From: Candidatus Buchananbacteria bacterium
GTDB lineage: Bacteria; Patescibacteriota; Patescibacteriia; 2-01-FULL-39-33
DNA length: 41,650 nucleotides
Direction: 5' to 3'
Assembly: GCA_903863425.1 (NCBI GenBank)
Contig: CAIPBY010000036.1
Coordinates: 1-41,650 of the forward strand
The number at the start of each line of letters is the position of its first letter. The first letter of the stretch is position 1. The notes beneath the pieces are model-generated. The model made no database searches. It was not told where the DNA came from and saw only the letters and a program-made list of their open reading frames with translations. The position numbers and the translations under genes were made by a program. Below are positions 15,179 to 24,758 of the stretch, piece by piece.

Positions 15179-15206
15179 TTGACTAATTTTGCAAAAGATA
15201 TATAAT
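15179..15206 (+). promoter_or_regulatory. sigma70-type promoter TTGACT-16-TATAAT abutting the trmB-like start codon (leaderless-type)
   Basis: TTGACT at 15179-15184 and TATAAT at 15201-15206. ATG 15211 lies only 4 nt after the -10 box. Confidence 0.55.
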
Positions 15207-15210
15207 ATAA

Positions 15211-15975
15211 ATGTTGTCGAAAAATATGTACGATTCTGTTCTCAAACAAGCCGGGTTAGAAGAAAAACAGGCCAAAGTGTATTTGGCTTGCTTGGAATTG
15301 GGGTCTGCCAAAGCGCCAGAAATCGCAAAAACAGCCGAAATCAAGCGTACTACCGCCTATGGAATTCTGGATGAGTTGGCTGGTTTGGGCCTGGTTAATT
15401 ATTCAGAGAAAAACAAGCAGAGACTGTATCGGGCCAATAGCCCGGAAGTTTTGGCGGATATTATGGATAGAAACCGATCGGCTCTGGCCAAGTCTTTGCC
15501 CGGTCTGGAAGATCTTTTTGCCACTCATCATTTGCGCCCCAAGATACAATTTTTTGAAGGAGTGTCTGGGGTCAAACAAATTTATGAAGATGTTTTGAAA
15601 TGCCGGACCAAGAAAATACGCCAGATTGTAAATGAAAGAGCCAATACGGATTTGGTTGGGGAGGAATTCATACTTAATTACATTCGTCGCCGGGTGGCTA
15701 GTGGCATTACCACTTATGACTTGCATCCTAAGTCGGGAGGCATTCAGACTGAGATGAGAGGCCGGGAAGATCCTAAGCTCAAGCGGTATGTGCGCTATCT
15801 GCCGCCTGATGCTTTCTATGCGGCTATGATTATGATTTATGATAATAAAGTGGCCATGGCTTCAAGCAAGAAAGAAAACTTTGGATTCATTATTGAGAGC
15901 AAAGAATTTACCAATACTCTCGCAACTTATTTTGATTTCATGTGGAAGCTGGGATCTCATGAACCGGAGAGGTAA
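15211..15975 (+). CDS. TrmB-family transcriptional regulator
   Basis: N-terminal winged-HTH LEEKQAKVYLACLELGSAKAPEIAKTAEIKRTTAYGILDELAGLGLV, typical of TrmB, plus a C-terminal effector-like domain. Confidence 0.75.
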   Translation: MLSKNMYDSVLKQAGLEEKQAKVYLACLELGSAKAPEIAKTAEIKRTTAYGILDELAGLGLVNYSEKNKQRLYRANSPEVLADIMDRNRSALAKSLPGLEDLFATHHLRPKIQFFEGVSGVKQIYEDVLKCRTKKIRQIVNERANTDLVGEEFILNYIRRRVASGITTYDLHPKSGGIQTEMRGREDPKLKRYVRYLPPDAFYAAMIMIYDNKVAMASSKKENFGFIIESKEFTNTLATYFDFMWKLGSHEPER

Positions 15976-15983
15976 ATATCAAT

Positions 15984-16013
15984 AAAAACATCCGCCTTGG
16001 GCGGATGTTTTTT
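15984..16013. terminator. bidirectional intrinsic terminator between convergent trmB-like and pck genes
   Basis: ACATCCGCC-TTG-GGCGGATGT (15988-16008), flanked by an A-run upstream and a T-run downstream. Confidence 0.75.
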
Positions 16014-16034
16014 AAATTCTATAATTTCCAATCG

Positions 16035-17891
16035 TCAAAATTCAAACGGTGAAACTATTTTTTTACCAAATTTATTTTCAGTCTCTTCTAATCTCTGTCT
16101 TTGCTGATTCAGTTGATTGAAAAATTCTTCTGGTATATCATCTTCTGCTTTGAAAACTGCCTCAACTCGATCTAATTTCCCCATGAGCTTTTCAATTCTA
16201 ATGGAAAATTGTTTCTCATATTCTTCTTTGCTGTAATCTTTGGCAAAAACTTGCTGGAATAAATTTTTCAGATCTTCATATTTTGGAATGCCTCCAACGG
16301 GGGTCTCTATCATCTCGTATTCATTATGCACCCTGCCTTCCATCCACAATACCCAGACTTTTTTGTGAAGTTTGTCATTAAGAAATTTACCTTCTTCTTT
16401 GAGAAAATAATTAGTAGAAAATATTAATGGTTTTTTTTCTACATCTTGACCGAATTTTAAATGATTTTTAATATAAGCGCTCAGTGGCACGGTTAGAAAT
16501 TCAATATTGGACATGGGATTGTGCTTCATTACGCCTTCTTTTTCGGTTGTGCCGGCAACAGTCTCTGATTCAATGATGGCGCCCATGAAAACTCCATGCG
16601 CCCAACTTAGGGTTTGTAACACTGGAACAGAAGTATTCGAATCTCTGCCACCGTAGATAAATCCGCTGACAGGAACGCCGTCAGGAGAATCCGCCTTAGC
16701 ATCAACATTTTTTAGATCATTAATTTTGATAGTATATCTGGCGTTGCTGTGAGCAGGTGATATTTCTTTTCCATTTTTGTCTTGCTTGGTTTTTTGCCAT
16801 TCTCCTGAATAATTTACTCCACTGTCAGGAAGTTCTTGCCCCATGTTTAGCCAATAGGGGACTTCGTCTTTAACTAAAACATTAGAAAAAATAAGCTCTC
16901 TGGGTGTGGTGAGCACATCATAGATAACCGGATCGTCTTCCGGATTAATGTCCTTAATTATTCCAAATATGCCTTGTTCGACATTGACCGCATAAGCCAG
17001 GCCATCTTCGCCAGGTCGGATGTAGGCGATATCGTCGCCAACAATGCTTTGTCCCGAGATCATAGCCGTGGAAGTCTTGCCACAGGCCGTGGGGAAGGCT
17101 CCAGTGAAATAAGTCACTCGATTTTTACCTTCAGGGTGGATACCCATAATAAACATGTGCTCACAGAGCCAGTCCTCATGATTAGCCTTACTAATAGCTA
17201 ATCTCAGGGCCAGTTTTTTTAAGCCCACACTATTGCCGGCGTATTGATTATTGACCGTAAATACTCTTTCGTCCTCAAGATCCATAAATATTCTTCTTTT
17301 GTCGACATCAATGCTGACGCCGTTTTCTACTTCTCCAGCAGAGTGAATAAAATGGAAAAAAGAATTCGAACCGTTTAATTTCTGGAACTGGGAATATCCT
17401 TGGCGGTACAGTAAATCTTCGCTATGAAGCACATAGGCGGAGTCAGTCAATTGCAAAGCGGGAATGGAAAATTTGGAATTAATTGGTCCGAGGCAGTAAA
17501 ATTTCACGTACATGGTTTTGCCCTTCATAATACCATCAAGAATTCTTGTTATTTCTTTGATGCCCTCATCTTTGTCCATGGTTTTTATGGCTTTGCTGAG
17601 TTTGATGCCATCTGGTATGAGTACTCGAGTATTTTCCAGGTCACGGCCCTGATCGTAATATCCATCGAAATGGATAGTGTGCCCCGCCATCTTGAGTGGT
17701 GATTCTTCGCCGTTTTTTATCGCTTGATCCCTAATCAGTTGAAGAGACTCCTCGCTGTCGTCAAGTACAATAATTTTTTCTGGTTGGCAAAGAGTGGCAT
17801 ATTTTTCAATGATAGCTTCAACATGCTCATTTTTAATGGAGTCTAATATTTTTTGGCCTTTCTCGTCCATCAAGGAGGCAGAATTTTTCAT
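16035..17891 (-). CDS. pck: phosphoenolpyruvate carboxykinase (GTP)
   Basis: 618 aa with the kinase-1a-like GAFPTACGKTS motif. Overall length and motif order match GTP-dependent PEPCK. Confidence 0.85.
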   Translation of the reverse strand: MKNSASLMDEKGQKILDSIKNEHVEAIIEKYATLCQPEKIIVLDDSEESLQLIRDQAIKNGEESPLKMAGHTIHFDGYYDQGRDLENTRVLIPDGIKLSKAIKTMDKDEGIKEITRILDGIMKGKTMYVKFYCLGPINSKFSIPALQLTDSAYVLHSEDLLYRQGYSQFQKLNGSNSFFHFIHSAGEVENGVSIDVDKRRIFMDLEDERVFTVNNQYAGNSVGLKKLALRLAISKANHEDWLCEHMFIMGIHPEGKNRVTYFTGAFPTACGKTSTAMISGQSIVGDDIAYIRPGEDGLAYAVNVEQGIFGIIKDINPEDDPVIYDVLTTPRELIFSNVLVKDEVPYWLNMGQELPDSGVNYSGEWQKTKQDKNGKEISPAHSNARYTIKINDLKNVDAKADSPDGVPVSGFIYGGRDSNTSVPVLQTLSWAHGVFMGAIIESETVAGTTEKEGVMKHNPMSNIEFLTVPLSAYIKNHLKFGQDVEKKPLIFSTNYFLKEEGKFLNDKLHKKVWVLWMEGRVHNEYEMIETPVGGIPKYEDLKNLFQQVFAKDYSKEEYEKQFSIRIEKLMGKLDRVEAVFKAEDDIPEEFFNQLNQQRQRLEETENKFGKKIVSPFEF

Positions 17892-17894
17892 AAT

Positions 17895-19193
17895 TTATTT
17901 TGTATTGATTAATTCTTCGCAGGCTGAATATATGTTTTCAAATAATTGCGGAATATTGTCTTTGCTTGTCGATGAATAGGCGACCCGCAACAGATTGCCG
18001 ACGGTAATTATGCCGGTATCATATTTTGATAATAATAGCTGTCTGATTTTTTCAGCATCTAATCCCTTTTTTAATCCCACGCACAAGAAATAGCCGGAAT
18101 TATATGGCAAAGGATAAAAATATTTTTGGAATTTTTTATTTACCAAGACTTCTTTCACTTTTTCATATCTAGATTTCAAAAGGTCATATTTTTCTCCCTT
18201 TTCTTGGGTGTAAGTTTCTGAGCTGTAGGCCTTTAGCAGAAGGAGTTGGGATAAATTAGATGAACACGATATGTCTCCTCTGATGGCGCCAGCAGTTTTG
18301 GCTTCAAGCGCGCTATATAATTCTTTATTTCCATTTTTAATGCCATAAGTGATGAATCCAATCCTAAATCCCCAGACATAATCTTCCTTGGTAGGCCCGT
18401 CTACCTTAACGGCCAAGACATTTTCGTGCAAGTCGCAGAGCCAGGTGAAGATGGATTGCTTCTCAATTTCATCTTCATAGACTAGTCCGAAATAGGCATC
18501 GTCTACTATTACCAATATTTTGTTGCCTAGGTCGGCAGATTTTTTTATAATTTTTACAATTTCTTGCATTTCAGTTGTACTTGGTGTGTATCCGGCTGGA
18601 TTATTGGGAAAATTAAGTAATAATATTTTTTTGCCTGCACCTTTGGACAATTTTGATTTGAGTGAGGCAATATCAAATTTATTGTTTTTGAATAATTTGA
18701 AAAATACTGACTTGGCGCCATAGCCGTTGCCAAAAATTAATTCATAATTTTCCCAGAAAAGATCGGGAATAATAATTTTGTCATTACTATCTGCAAACAT
18801 ATAGGCCACCATGTTCAGACCATGTGTAAGTGCGCTAGTAACTATGGGCAAGCTGATTTCTTTGCCTTGAAGATCAGGATTTTTATCATAAATCATTTGT
18901 CGCCATTTTTCTCTAATATCCGGCCTGCCGTGGCTTGGAGCGTAATTAAAAGCTCCCGAAGAAATATTTATTTGATTTTCCAGGGATTTGAGACGCATAG
19001 CCGTGCCATCGTCTTCGAGCGCGATTCCAATAGTGGCGTTTATTTTTTTATCTTTGGCATCCGCGCTTTGAGCCGGGACGCCTTTTTTGGGAAAATAAAT
19101 AGCCGAGCCCTTTTTTGATAGAAGATGATAGACGGTTGGCGACTCGGACTTGATAATGTTGTTTAATTGTTCGGCTTCTGTATTTAACGGCAT
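17895..19193 (-). CDS. class I/II PLP-dependent aminotransferase
   Basis: NFPNNPAGYTP substrate/PLP motif, DDAYFGLVYE, a Lys-containing PTKE segment, and a 432-aa fold-type I layout. Confidence 0.75.
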   Translation of the reverse strand: MPLNTEAEQLNNIIKSESPTVYHLLSKKGSAIYFPKKGVPAQSADAKDKKINATIGIALEDDGTAMRLKSLENQINISSGAFNYAPSHGRPDIREKWRQMIYDKNPDLQGKEISLPIVTSALTHGLNMVAYMFADSNDKIIIPDLFWENYELIFGNGYGAKSVFFKLFKNNKFDIASLKSKLSKGAGKKILLLNFPNNPAGYTPSTTEMQEIVKIIKKSADLGNKILVIVDDAYFGLVYEDEIEKQSIFTWLCDLHENVLAVKVDGPTKEDYVWGFRIGFITYGIKNGNKELYSALEAKTAGAIRGDISCSSNLSQLLLLKAYSSETYTQEKGEKYDLLKSRYEKVKEVLVNKKFQKYFYPLPYNSGYFLCVGLKKGLDAEKIRQLLLSKYDTGIITVGNLLRVAYSSTSKDNIPQLFENIYSACEELINTK

Positions 19194-19336
19194 TAATTTC
19201 AGTGGTTAATTTCTTAATGATTCCTTGTCAGATTATACAGGATTTAGAGGATTTTTTCAACTCTTTTGCTTTTATTTTTTTTCTGTTATAATGTTTGATA
19301 TAATAAGAGACAATAAAATAAATAATAATAAAACGT

Positions 19337-20338
19337 ATGGATGAAAATTCAAAAAAGAATTTTTTCAAAGACAAAAATTTCTGGGTAGGACTTATTGTCG
19401 GCGTGGTGGTAATCGCCGTAGTTCTGCTCGTTGCCTTCTCGGTTCAGGCCATGATGAGTGGTGGCTTGTCTGTTGAGAAAGCCAAAACCACAGTCACTAA
19501 GTATGTAAATACTGAATTGCTTGGTGGCCAAGCTACAGCCACTCTTGACCAGATAACTGATTGGAGTAAGGATATTTATAAGTTGAAATTTACCATCAAT
19601 GGTAGGTCGATTGATTCTTACATGACCAAGAATGGCAAGTTGTTTTTTCCAGAAGCTTATGAGATGGCTAGCACCACGGCCAGCAGTACGGCTACAGCTG
19701 CTACAGCAAATACAGCTCAGCAAGCAGCTCCGGCCAATGTTCCTAAAAATGATAAACCAAAGGTAGAAGCGTTTGTCATGAGCTATTGTCCTTATGGCAC
19801 TCAAATTGAGAAAGGACTTATCCCTGTGGCTCAAGCTTTGGGCAATAAAATTGATTTCAGTTTGAAGTTTGTTTCTTACACTATGCATGGAGACAAAGAA
19901 AATCAAGAGAATTTACGTCAGTATTGCATTGAGAAAGAACAGAATGGCAAATACTTTTCTTATCTGACTTGTTTCTTGAAAGCGTCTGATTCTCCTGGCT
20001 GTTTGCAATCAACCGGAATTGATCAGAAAAAATTAGATGCTTGCACAACCGCGACTGCTAAACAGTTTGATGTTACTGGAACTAATTTTGCAGTGCAAAA
20101 AGCGGATAATGATAAATATGGCGTGCAAGGTTCCCCAACTTTGGTTATCAATGGCGCTCAGGCCGAATCAGCCAGAGATAGCGCCAGCTTGCTCAAGACG
20201 ATTTGTGGTGCCTTTAATAAACAACCGGATATCTGCACAACTGCTAAGTTATCTAGTGCTAGTCCTTCCGCCGGTTTCGGCGAAGGAACTGCACCAGCTT
20301 CAAGTGGAGCAGCGGCTGCAGGATGCGCCACCAACTAG
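19337..20338 (+). CDS. membrane-anchored thioredoxin-fold (DsbA-like) protein, tentative
   Basis: N-terminal TM helix, Thr/Ala-rich linker, then KVEAFVMSYCPYGTQ and GSPTLVING patterns reminiscent of the thioredoxin/DsbA fold. Several further Cys residues. Confidence 0.5.
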   Translation: MDENSKKNFFKDKNFWVGLIVGVVVIAVVLLVAFSVQAMMSGGLSVEKAKTTVTKYVNTELLGGQATATLDQITDWSKDIYKLKFTINGRSIDSYMTKNGKLFFPEAYEMASTTASSTATAATANTAQQAAPANVPKNDKPKVEAFVMSYCPYGTQIEKGLIPVAQALGNKIDFSLKFVSYTMHGDKENQENLRQYCIEKEQNGKYFSYLTCFLKASDSPGCLQSTGIDQKKLDACTTATAKQFDVTGTNFAVQKADNDKYGVQGSPTLVINGAQAESARDSASLLKTICGAFNKQPDICTTAKLSSASPSAGFGEGTAPASSGAAAAGCATN

Positions 20339-20363
20339 TTTCTGTATTTCAAATAGTCAAAAT

Positions 20364-20399
20364 AAAAAAACGTCCCGATGCAATATTGGGACGTTTTTT
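20364..20399 (+). terminator. intrinsic terminator
   Basis: ACGTCCC (20370-20376) / GGGACGT (20388-20394) stem flanked by an A-run and a T-run. Confidence 0.7.
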
Positions 20400-20425
20400 A
20401 TTAGACAGTTGATACTTTAGGTAAA

Positions 20426-21001
20426 ATGTTGTATATTTCAACAATGTCAGAATGCTTAGATGAAGAATTAGTTCATAAATATTTATTAGGGGATGAAAAA
20501 TCCTTGGAAATTTTAATTCAGAGATATCTGAAGCCGATATATAATTTTGTTTATAGATATGCCGGAGGCATGGCTAATGCTGAAGATTTAACTCAAGAAG
20601 TTTTTGTTAAAGTTTGGAAAAATATCAAGAAGTTTGATCGAAAAAGAAGTTTTAAAACTTGGATTTTTCGTATCGCTAGAAATACTTCATACGATTATTT
20701 GAGAAAGAAAAAAAATATTCCCTTGTCATATTTTGAAGACTTAGAAGGAAATAATATTTTAATTGATTCTTTAGAAGATCCGGCGCCTTTGCCTTCTGAA
20801 TTATTTGATCAAAGTAATATCGCTCAAAAAATTAATACGGCTTTGGATAAGCTGTCTTTGAATTATCGCCTAGTTATCTCGCTCCGCCATAATGATCATT
20901 TTAAATTTAGAGAAATAGCAGAATCCCTTAATGAGTCAATTGATACGGTGAAAAGTAGATACAGGAGAGGGCTTATTGAATTAAGAAAATTTTTAGAATA
21001 A
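20426..21001 (+). CDS. ECF-type sigma-70 family RNA polymerase sigma factor
   Basis: Region 2 (AEDLTQEVFVKVWKNIKKFD ... FKTWIFRIARNTSYDYLRKKK) and region 4 (YRLVISLRHNDHFKFREIAESLNESIDTVKSRYRRGL). The start could instead be ATG 20444. Confidence 0.85.
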   Translation: MLYISTMSECLDEELVHKYLLGDEKSLEILIQRYLKPIYNFVYRYAGGMANAEDLTQEVFVKVWKNIKKFDRKRSFKTWIFRIARNTSYDYLRKKKNIPLSYFEDLEGNNILIDSLEDPAPLPSELFDQSNIAQKINTALDKLSLNYRLVISLRHNDHFKFREIAESLNESIDTVKSRYRRGLIELRKFLE

Positions 21002-21007
21002 TAATTT

Positions 21008-21089
21008 ATCCAGCACTAAATTTAAGGTGGCAATGTAAATTATAATTTTTTAGTATTCTATTAAGATAAGGTAGAAATTAGTGCTGGAT
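21008..21089. repeat. long inverted repeat between the sigma and putative anti-sigma genes
   Basis: ATCCAGCACTAAATTT (21008-21023) pairs with AAATTAGTGCTGGAT (21075-21089), 15 of 16 positions, with a ~51-nt AT-rich loop. Confidence 0.6.
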
Positions 21090-21168
21090 TTATCTAATTT
21101 AAGATAAAAAAGTATTTAATTTAAATAAATTGCACCAAAATTAGCTTTTTTATCGTATATATTATTAT

Positions 21169-21579
21169 ATGGTCAAAGACTATGAACAACTTTTCAACCA
21201 GATTGAGGCTCTAGAGCCACCACAGGCCCTTTTGGGCAAGATTATGTTGCGCCTTGAGCAGGAGAAAAAGCTGGTGATTATTAAGCGCAGGGTGGCTTTT
21301 TTTTCTGCGGGTTTGATATTTTCCGTGCTCGCCTTAATTCCGGCCTTTAAGATGGTTTGGGATGGAGTTGCTTCTTCCGGATTTACTCAATTTCTATCAT
21401 TATTATTTACTGATTCAGGAGTGGTGATGGCATATTGGCAGAGTTTTGGGCTGACTCTTTTGGAGTCATTGCCAGTGTTCAGTATTATAATATTTTTAGT
21501 AATTATTTTTACTTTACTTGAGTCAGTAAGATTTTTATCAAAAAATATTAAAATTATTCACAACCTAAAGCTAATTTAA
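21169..21579 (+). CDS. small membrane protein, putative anti-sigma factor (by position only)
   Basis: 136 aa. Cytoplasmic N-terminus followed by 2-3 hydrophobic helices. Located directly downstream of the ECF sigma gene. Confidence 0.45.
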   Translation: MVKDYEQLFNQIEALEPPQALLGKIMLRLEQEKKLVIIKRRVAFFSAGLIFSVLALIPAFKMVWDGVASSGFTQFLSLLFTDSGVVMAYWQSFGLTLLESLPVFSIIIFLVIIFTLLESVRFLSKNIKIIHNLKLI

Positions 21580-21584
21580 AATAT

Positions 21585-22124
21585 ATGGATTCGAATAAAT
21601 TATTTCAATCAAAATCTTTTATGGCGGTTATCTGGATAGTGGCCGTCATAGCTCTTTTTCTGCTAGTTTTTTTGGCTGGCATGTATGTAGGATTTAAGAA
21701 GGCTGGGTTTTCTTACCAGTGGGGAGAAAATTACCACCGTAATTTTGCCGGTCCTAAGCAGGGTTTTGGTGATGAATTTGGTGGGAAGGATCTCATAGAT
21801 GCTCATGGCACTTTTGGGCAGATTTTGAAAATAGATAATTCCGCTTTGATAGTAAAGGGTATAAATAACGTAGAAAAGATAATTTTGGTGAATAATAAGA
21901 CTATTATTAATAGATTTAGAGATAATATTAAATTATCTGATCTTAAGGTGGATGAAAAAATTGTAACCATAGGCGATCCCGATAATTCAGGACAGATAGT
22001 GGCTAAGTTGATAAGAGTTTTGCCTGATCAACCGCCACTTCCTCCGAATGTAGGTAATAATCCTCTGCCAGGTGGAATTCCGGGAGTTGTTCCTACAATT
22101 AATACAACAACTACTCAGAAATAA
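21585..22124 (+). CDS. membrane-anchored secreted protein with DUF5666-like beta domain (tentative)
   Basis: N-terminal TM helix. The domain GQILKIDNSALIVKG...KLSDLKVDEKIVTIGDPDNSGQIVAKLIRVLP is paralogous by eye to 26010-26492. Pro-rich tail. Confidence 0.55.
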   Translation: MDSNKLFQSKSFMAVIWIVAVIALFLLVFLAGMYVGFKKAGFSYQWGENYHRNFAGPKQGFGDEFGGKDLIDAHGTFGQILKIDNSALIVKGINNVEKIILVNNKTIINRFRDNIKLSDLKVDEKIVTIGDPDNSGQIVAKLIRVLPDQPPLPPNVGNNPLPGGIPGVVPTINTTTTQK

Positions 22125-22139
22125 TTATTAAAATAGAAT

Positions 22140-24029
22140 ATGTTAAAAAAAATTATAAAATTCTTGGGTCGGCATAAAATTATAACAACGATTCTTGTAA
22201 TAGTTATTATTGTTGCTGGTTATTTCGGATATAAATCATTGAACGGCGCAACAGGTGAAACTAGATATGTGTTAGCGGCAGTCGAAAAGGGAACTATTTC
22301 GCAAATTGTTTCTGGTACGGGACAGGTGTCTGCTTCTGATCAGTTGGATATTAAGCCGAGTGTTTCTGGTAATATTACTAAATCTTATGTAGTCGATGGT
22401 CAAGCCGTAAAATCTGGTGATTTGCTTTTTCAAATTGACAGTCAGGATGCGCAAAAGGCGGTTAAGGATGCTTCGGCTAGCTTGGAAAATGCCAAAATTA
22501 GTTTGGCTAAGTTGGAGCAGGGATCAACAGCTCAAGATATCGCCAATTCACAACTGCAAGTCGATAGCGCTCAAAATAGTTTAGTTGATGCCCAAAATAA
22601 TTTGGAAATAGTTAATAATAAAGCTAATTTAGATTTAAGTAATGCCTATGATGATGCTAGAACTCTTTTGCAAGATACATATGGGGATATTAATGATATT
22701 CTTAATCGGCAGGTAAGTGGTATGTTTACTGACTATGGAAATAGTTTGGTTTATTTGACGGCCGATTCCCAGGCGCAAATTGATGCCTTGTCAGGAAGAA
22801 GCCGGGCTTTTGATGCTCTGGAAAAATTAAAGAATATAGCAGATAATTTGCCAACTGATAATTCTGGGGTGGACGAAGCTTTGGTTAAAGCGGAGAATTA
22901 TCTGGTAATCATACAGGATTTCGCCAGCAGTTTGACAGATAGTCTTAATTCAGCGATTACTTCGAGCGACATGACTCAATCAACTATCAATGGATATAAA
23001 AGTACGGCTAGTTCAGCGAGAAGTAGTGCGGGGTCTGCTAAAAGCGCTATAAATACTAAGAGGCAGGCAATAGTTAATCAAGTGACAACAAATAATAGTA
23101 ATATTTTGACTGCCAAAAATAAAATTATTAGCTCTCAAAATTCTCTCGCGCAAGCCCAGAACAATCTAACAATTAAAAAGGCGGGTGCTGATCAGCTTGA
23201 CTTGAGAACTAAACAGATTTCTGTAAGCCAAGCAGCCACTTCTCTAGCTAATGCACAATCAAAATTATCTGATTATACAATTAAGGCCACTTTTGATGGA
23301 ATCGTAACCGGTATAGTTTCTGTTTCTGGATATACAGCTTCAGCCAATACAGTTCTAGCTACTGTAATTACCAAACAACAAATAGCTAATATTTCTCTTA
23401 ACGAAGTTGACGCTACCAATGTCAAGGTGGGACAGAAAGCGACTTTAACTTTTGATGCGGTTAGTGATTTAAGTATCACTGGTAATGTAGTGCAAATGGA
23501 TGCTATTGGTACAGTCAGCCAGGGAGTGGTCAGCTATGGCGCAAAAATAGCTTTAGATACGCAAGATGACAGGATTAAGCCGGGAATGAGCGCTTCCGCT
23601 AATATTATTTTAAATGCTAAGGCCGATATTGTGCTTGTGCCGAGTTCAGCTATTAAGACTTCAGGTAGTTCAAGCTATGTTGAGGTATTGAAGGGAGTAA
23701 CTTCTTCTATGCCGATAGCTAGCGATGGAAGCGTGTCCGCTAACGCGGGAAATCTTACTCAAGCAACTATTGAGACAGGGATCTCTGATGATACTTATAC
23801 TGAAGTTATAAGCGGACTTAATGTTGGTGATTTGGTAGTGACCAAAATTGTTATTTCTACTGCAAGTACGGCGACTAGTCAGACCAAGAGTTTGATGCAA
23901 TTATTCGGTGGTGGCGGTAGAACGAGTGGCAGTTCCAGCGGAATAAAGAGTAGTTCCGGTACTACCAATAAAAGCAGTAGCGGATCTAGTTCTGGCGGAG
24001 ATTTTAGCGGACCACCCCCAGGCATGTAA
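22140..24029 (+). CDS. HlyD/MacA-type periplasmic adaptor (membrane fusion) protein with very long coiled coil
   Basis: TM anchor, lipoyl-like [25 protein letters not shown], extended Ala/Gln/Asn/Ser coiled-coil region, beta-barrel segment ([10 protein letters not shown]), Ser/Gly-rich C-terminal tail. Confidence 0.75.
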   Translation: MLKKIIKFLGRHKIITTILVIVIIVAGYFGYKSLNGATGETRYVLAAVEKGTISQIVSGTGQVSASDQLDIKPSVSGNITKSYVVDGQAVKSGDLLFQIDSQDAQKAVKDASASLENAKISLAKLEQGSTAQDIANSQLQVDSAQNSLVDAQNNLEIVNNKANLDLSNAYDDARTLLQDTYGDINDILNRQVSGMFTDYGNSLVYLTADSQAQIDALSGRSRAFDALEKLKNIADNLPTDNSGVDEALVKAENYLVIIQDFASSLTDSLNSAITSSDMTQSTINGYKSTASSARSSAGSAKSAINTKRQAIVNQVTTNNSNILTAKNKIISSQNSLAQAQNNLTIKKAGADQLDLRTKQISVSQAATSLANAQSKLSDYTIKATFDGIVTGIVSVSGYTASANTVLATVITKQQIANISLNEVDATNVKVGQKATLTFDAVSDLSITGNVVQMDAIGTVSQGVVSYGAKIALDTQDDRIKPGMSASANIILNAKADIVLVPSSAIKTSGSSSYVEVLKGVTSSMPIASDGSVSANAGNLTQATIETGISDDTYTEVISGLNVGDLVVTKIVISTASTATSQTKSLMQLFGGGGRTSGSSSGIKSSSGTTNKSSSGSSSGGDFSGPPPGM

Positions 24030-24043
24030 TTCATCTTAATTTC

Positions 24044-24748
24044 ATGATTGAAATAAAAAATATAACCAAAATTTACAATACCGGATCGGTGGAATTTTTT
24101 GCCCTTAACGGAGTGAGTTTTAAAATTAATGATGGCGAGTATTTGGCTATTATGGGACCATCAGGATCTGGTAAATCCACGCTTATGCATATTCTGGGCG
24201 CTTTAGATACGCCTAGTGGAGGTACATATTTTCTCGATGGCAAGGATGTTTCAACTTTAAGTGATGATGAGCTGGCAGACATAAGACGTGAAAAAATTGG
24301 ATTTGTCTTTCAGGCCTTTAATCTTTTGCCTCGAGCAACCGTACTTCGCAATGTCATGTTGCCTCTGGTATACGAAGGAATAGACAGGGAGGAAAGGGAA
24401 AAAAGAGCCAGAGAGGCGCTTATAGCATCTGGCTTGGATGAAGAGCATTTTGTTCATCTTTCTAACCAGTTGTCCGGAGGACAAATTCAACGCGTGGCCA
24501 TTGCTAGAGCCTTGGTAAATAATCCTTCATTAATTTTAGCTGATGAGCCGACAGGAAATCTAGACACAAAGACCGGAGAAATAGTGTTGGCCACATTTCA
24601 AAGACTAAATAGGGAACAGGGGAAGACTATAATCCTTATTACTCATGAACCGGACGTAGCCCAGCATGCAGATCGAGTTATTGTAATCCGCGATGGCAAG
24701 ATTGTAAGCGACGAAAAGAATATTAAGAAGAGGATGCTCGAAAAATAA
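24044..24748 (+). CDS. ABC transporter ATP-binding protein (MacB/LolD-like)
   Basis: Walker [10 protein letters not shown], signature [15 protein letters not shown], Walker [13 protein letters not shown]. Confidence 0.9.
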   Translation: MIEIKNITKIYNTGSVEFFALNGVSFKINDGEYLAIMGPSGSGKSTLMHILGALDTPSGGTYFLDGKDVSTLSDDELADIRREKIGFVFQAFNLLPRATVLRNVMLPLVYEGIDREEREKRAREALIASGLDEEHFVHLSNQLSGGQIQRVAIARALVNNPSLILADEPTGNLDTKTGEIVLATFQRLNREQGKTIILITHEPDVAQHADRVIVIRDGKIVSDEKNIKKRMLEK

Positions 24749-24758
24749 TTTTGCAACT

